NCBI GenBank assembly: GCA_010015585.1
Contig: ML975153.1
Source of the DNA: Eremomyces bilateralis CBS 781.70
Lineage: Eukaryota
DNA length: 64,000 nt
Strand: one strand, 5' to 3'
Shown here: piece by piece, positions 62,468 through 64,000 of the stretch
Position numbering within the stretch: the first letter of the stretch is position 1
Layout of the letters: each line of letters starts with the position of its first letter
Made by a program: the position numbers and the translations under genes
The notes under the pieces: generated by a model
What the model was told of the DNA's origin: nothing
Database searches by the model: none
Seen by the model: only the letters and a program-made list of their open reading frames with translations

Positions 62468-62799
62468 CAGGTCGAAAAAGTCGACAGAGCCAGGAGGTTG
62501 GCTGGCGTAGATGGTATATAGAAGAATGTAGCTAGGTAGCGTACTCGCTTTTGGCATGGACAGGCAGGAAGAGCCATAGCTAGGCGAGAGGCGAGTAAGA
62601 CAGACGGCAGGATGGATGCCGTACTGTGGTTGCAAATTGTAATGCATCTATCAGGTTGGTAACATGTTGGTTGTTCTGCTGCCAGACGCCATGAACCACG
62701 GTGATGTGACTCGAGTCAGGATAATGATAGTTGCCGCTGCATACTAACCTCGATTAGAAATATAAGCGTGTTGGTCTCAGGTCTGTAAAATCATTTCAA

Positions 62800-62860
62800 A
62801 CTAGTTTAGCCAAGTCCCCACTTAAATATAAGTAGCGTGAAAGGGGGTGGCTAAACTAGT
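62800..62860. repeat. 61-bp hairpin with perfect 13-bp arms
   Basis: ACTAGTTTAGCCA (62800-62812) pairs with TGGCTAAACTAGT (62848-62860); inner CCCC/GGGG and ACTTA/TAAGT. Confidence 0.75.
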
Positions 62861-63182
62861 CTAGTCGCCCCCCCTGCGTGAGAGAGGCAGGGCAAGTACG
62901 GTTCATGAGATGGAGTAACTACACCATACGCACCTGCCTCGTCATCTCCTGCTCTGCCTGGGAACGACAGAATGGACCATATCGCGCTCTGATTGCGCCA
63001 TTCAAGCTAGCAATAATCCCATGGCTACGACCCCAAGACGCCAATACCAGGGAGTCAGACATGACCGACGCCGGACCGATGACACTCCATCTTCTACTCA
63101 TATAAGAGTGTCATTGTGACAACCCAGAGCATGAAACGTCCCTGGTTACCAGTCCAGCACCCAGCACCCAAAACCCAGCACC

Positions 63183-64000
63183 ATGTCTCCCGCAGCAGTA
63201 GACATTGCTAAGGCTCTCCCCATCATTCCCAAGGAGCAGACTGAAGATGCTCCCCCAACCGTTCCAGATGTCCCAAAGCCTGTGACTGGCCACAAGGAGC
63301 CCCTGAAGCTCAGCGGCGCCCTCGACCAGTTCCAACAGTTTGATGTAACTCCTGTCATAGGCCGTGAATTTGTCGACGTCGATCTGGCCGAGTGGTTGAA
63401 TGCACCCAACTCTGACGAACTACTCCGCGACCTGGCCATTACAAGTAAGAACTCACCCACCCACTTGGCCTGAATCCGGCATCTAACCAGTTCTTTAGTC
63501 TCCCAGCGTGGCGTCGTCTTCTTCCGCAAGCAGGACAACCTGACGGACGAAATCCAAAAGCGCATCACCCAGCGCCTAGGCGAACTCACCGGAAAGCCTG
63601 CCACATCCACCCTCCACATCCACCCACTCGCCAACTTTGTCAACCCAGAAGACCAACTCATGGCCACCGTCTCCTCGCGCCAGATGGAGAAGATGTTCAA
63701 CAAGTACATGGACTTGGCCCAGACGCAGACGCACCAGTGGCACTCAGACATAGCCTGGGAAGCCCATCCCGCCGAGTATTCCTTCTTGCGCATGAAGGAG
63801 CTACCCGTGACCGGCGGCGACACGCTCTGGGCCTCGGGCTACGAAGTTTATGACCGCGTCTCGCCGCCCTTGCGCGCCTTTTTTGATACGCTGACGGTGC
63901 GCATCTCGCAGCCCCAATTCAAGGAAACGGCCGAGCGCCTCGGCTTCGACCTTGTTAATAGCCCGCGCGGCGCGCCCGAGAATATTGGTGACGAGCACTC
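63183..64000 (+). CDS. TauD/TfdA alpha-ketoglutarate-dependent dioxygenase (Jlp1-like sulfonate dioxygenase), 3' end outside the window
   Basis: PLKLSGALDQFQQFDVTPVIGREF, LRDLAIT|VSQRGVVFFRKQ, LHIHP, WHSDIAWEAHPAEYSFL (HxD iron motif), TGGDTLWASGYEVYDR. Confidence 0.92.

Overview
Gene-dense region of an intron-containing filamentous ascomycete (Pezizomycotina-type GT-AG introns with CTRAC/CTAAC branch points). About 18 intact protein genes are recognisable: SEC13 (3' part), an F-box protein, a secreted PQQ-type (AA12-like) sugar dehydrogenase, a large S/P-rich unknown protein, GCN20, WHI2, an Nrg1-like C2H2 factor, a U1-type zinc-finger protein, a stomatin-like SPFH protein, a LARP1-type La protein, a Clr4/DIM-5 H3K9 methyltransferase, RRP1, TRM8, GID4/VID24, an MCH1-like MFS transporter, a GH16, a peroxisomal acyl-CoA dehydrogenase, and a divergent Dal5-family MFS / TauD dioxygenase pair. 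There are also two apparent pseudogenes (HeLo-like, CmcJ/AsaB-like), two copies of a ~190-bp solo LTR (one carrying a nested 296-bp hAT-type MITE) and a 135-N gap. The most interesting observations are: (1) a probable non-AUG-initiated, PY-motif-bearing N-terminal extension of Whi2; (2) a ribosome-biogenesis-type promoter (PAC, E-box, CCAAT) and a hairpin-rich segment between two convergent genes, suggesting an unannotated ncRNA; (3) a degenerate chromodomain hidden in small 5' exons of the DIM-5/Clr4 gene; (4) a small sulfonate-scavenging cluster with CYS3/MetR-type sites. All family assignments come from motif recognition by eye; no database search was run.
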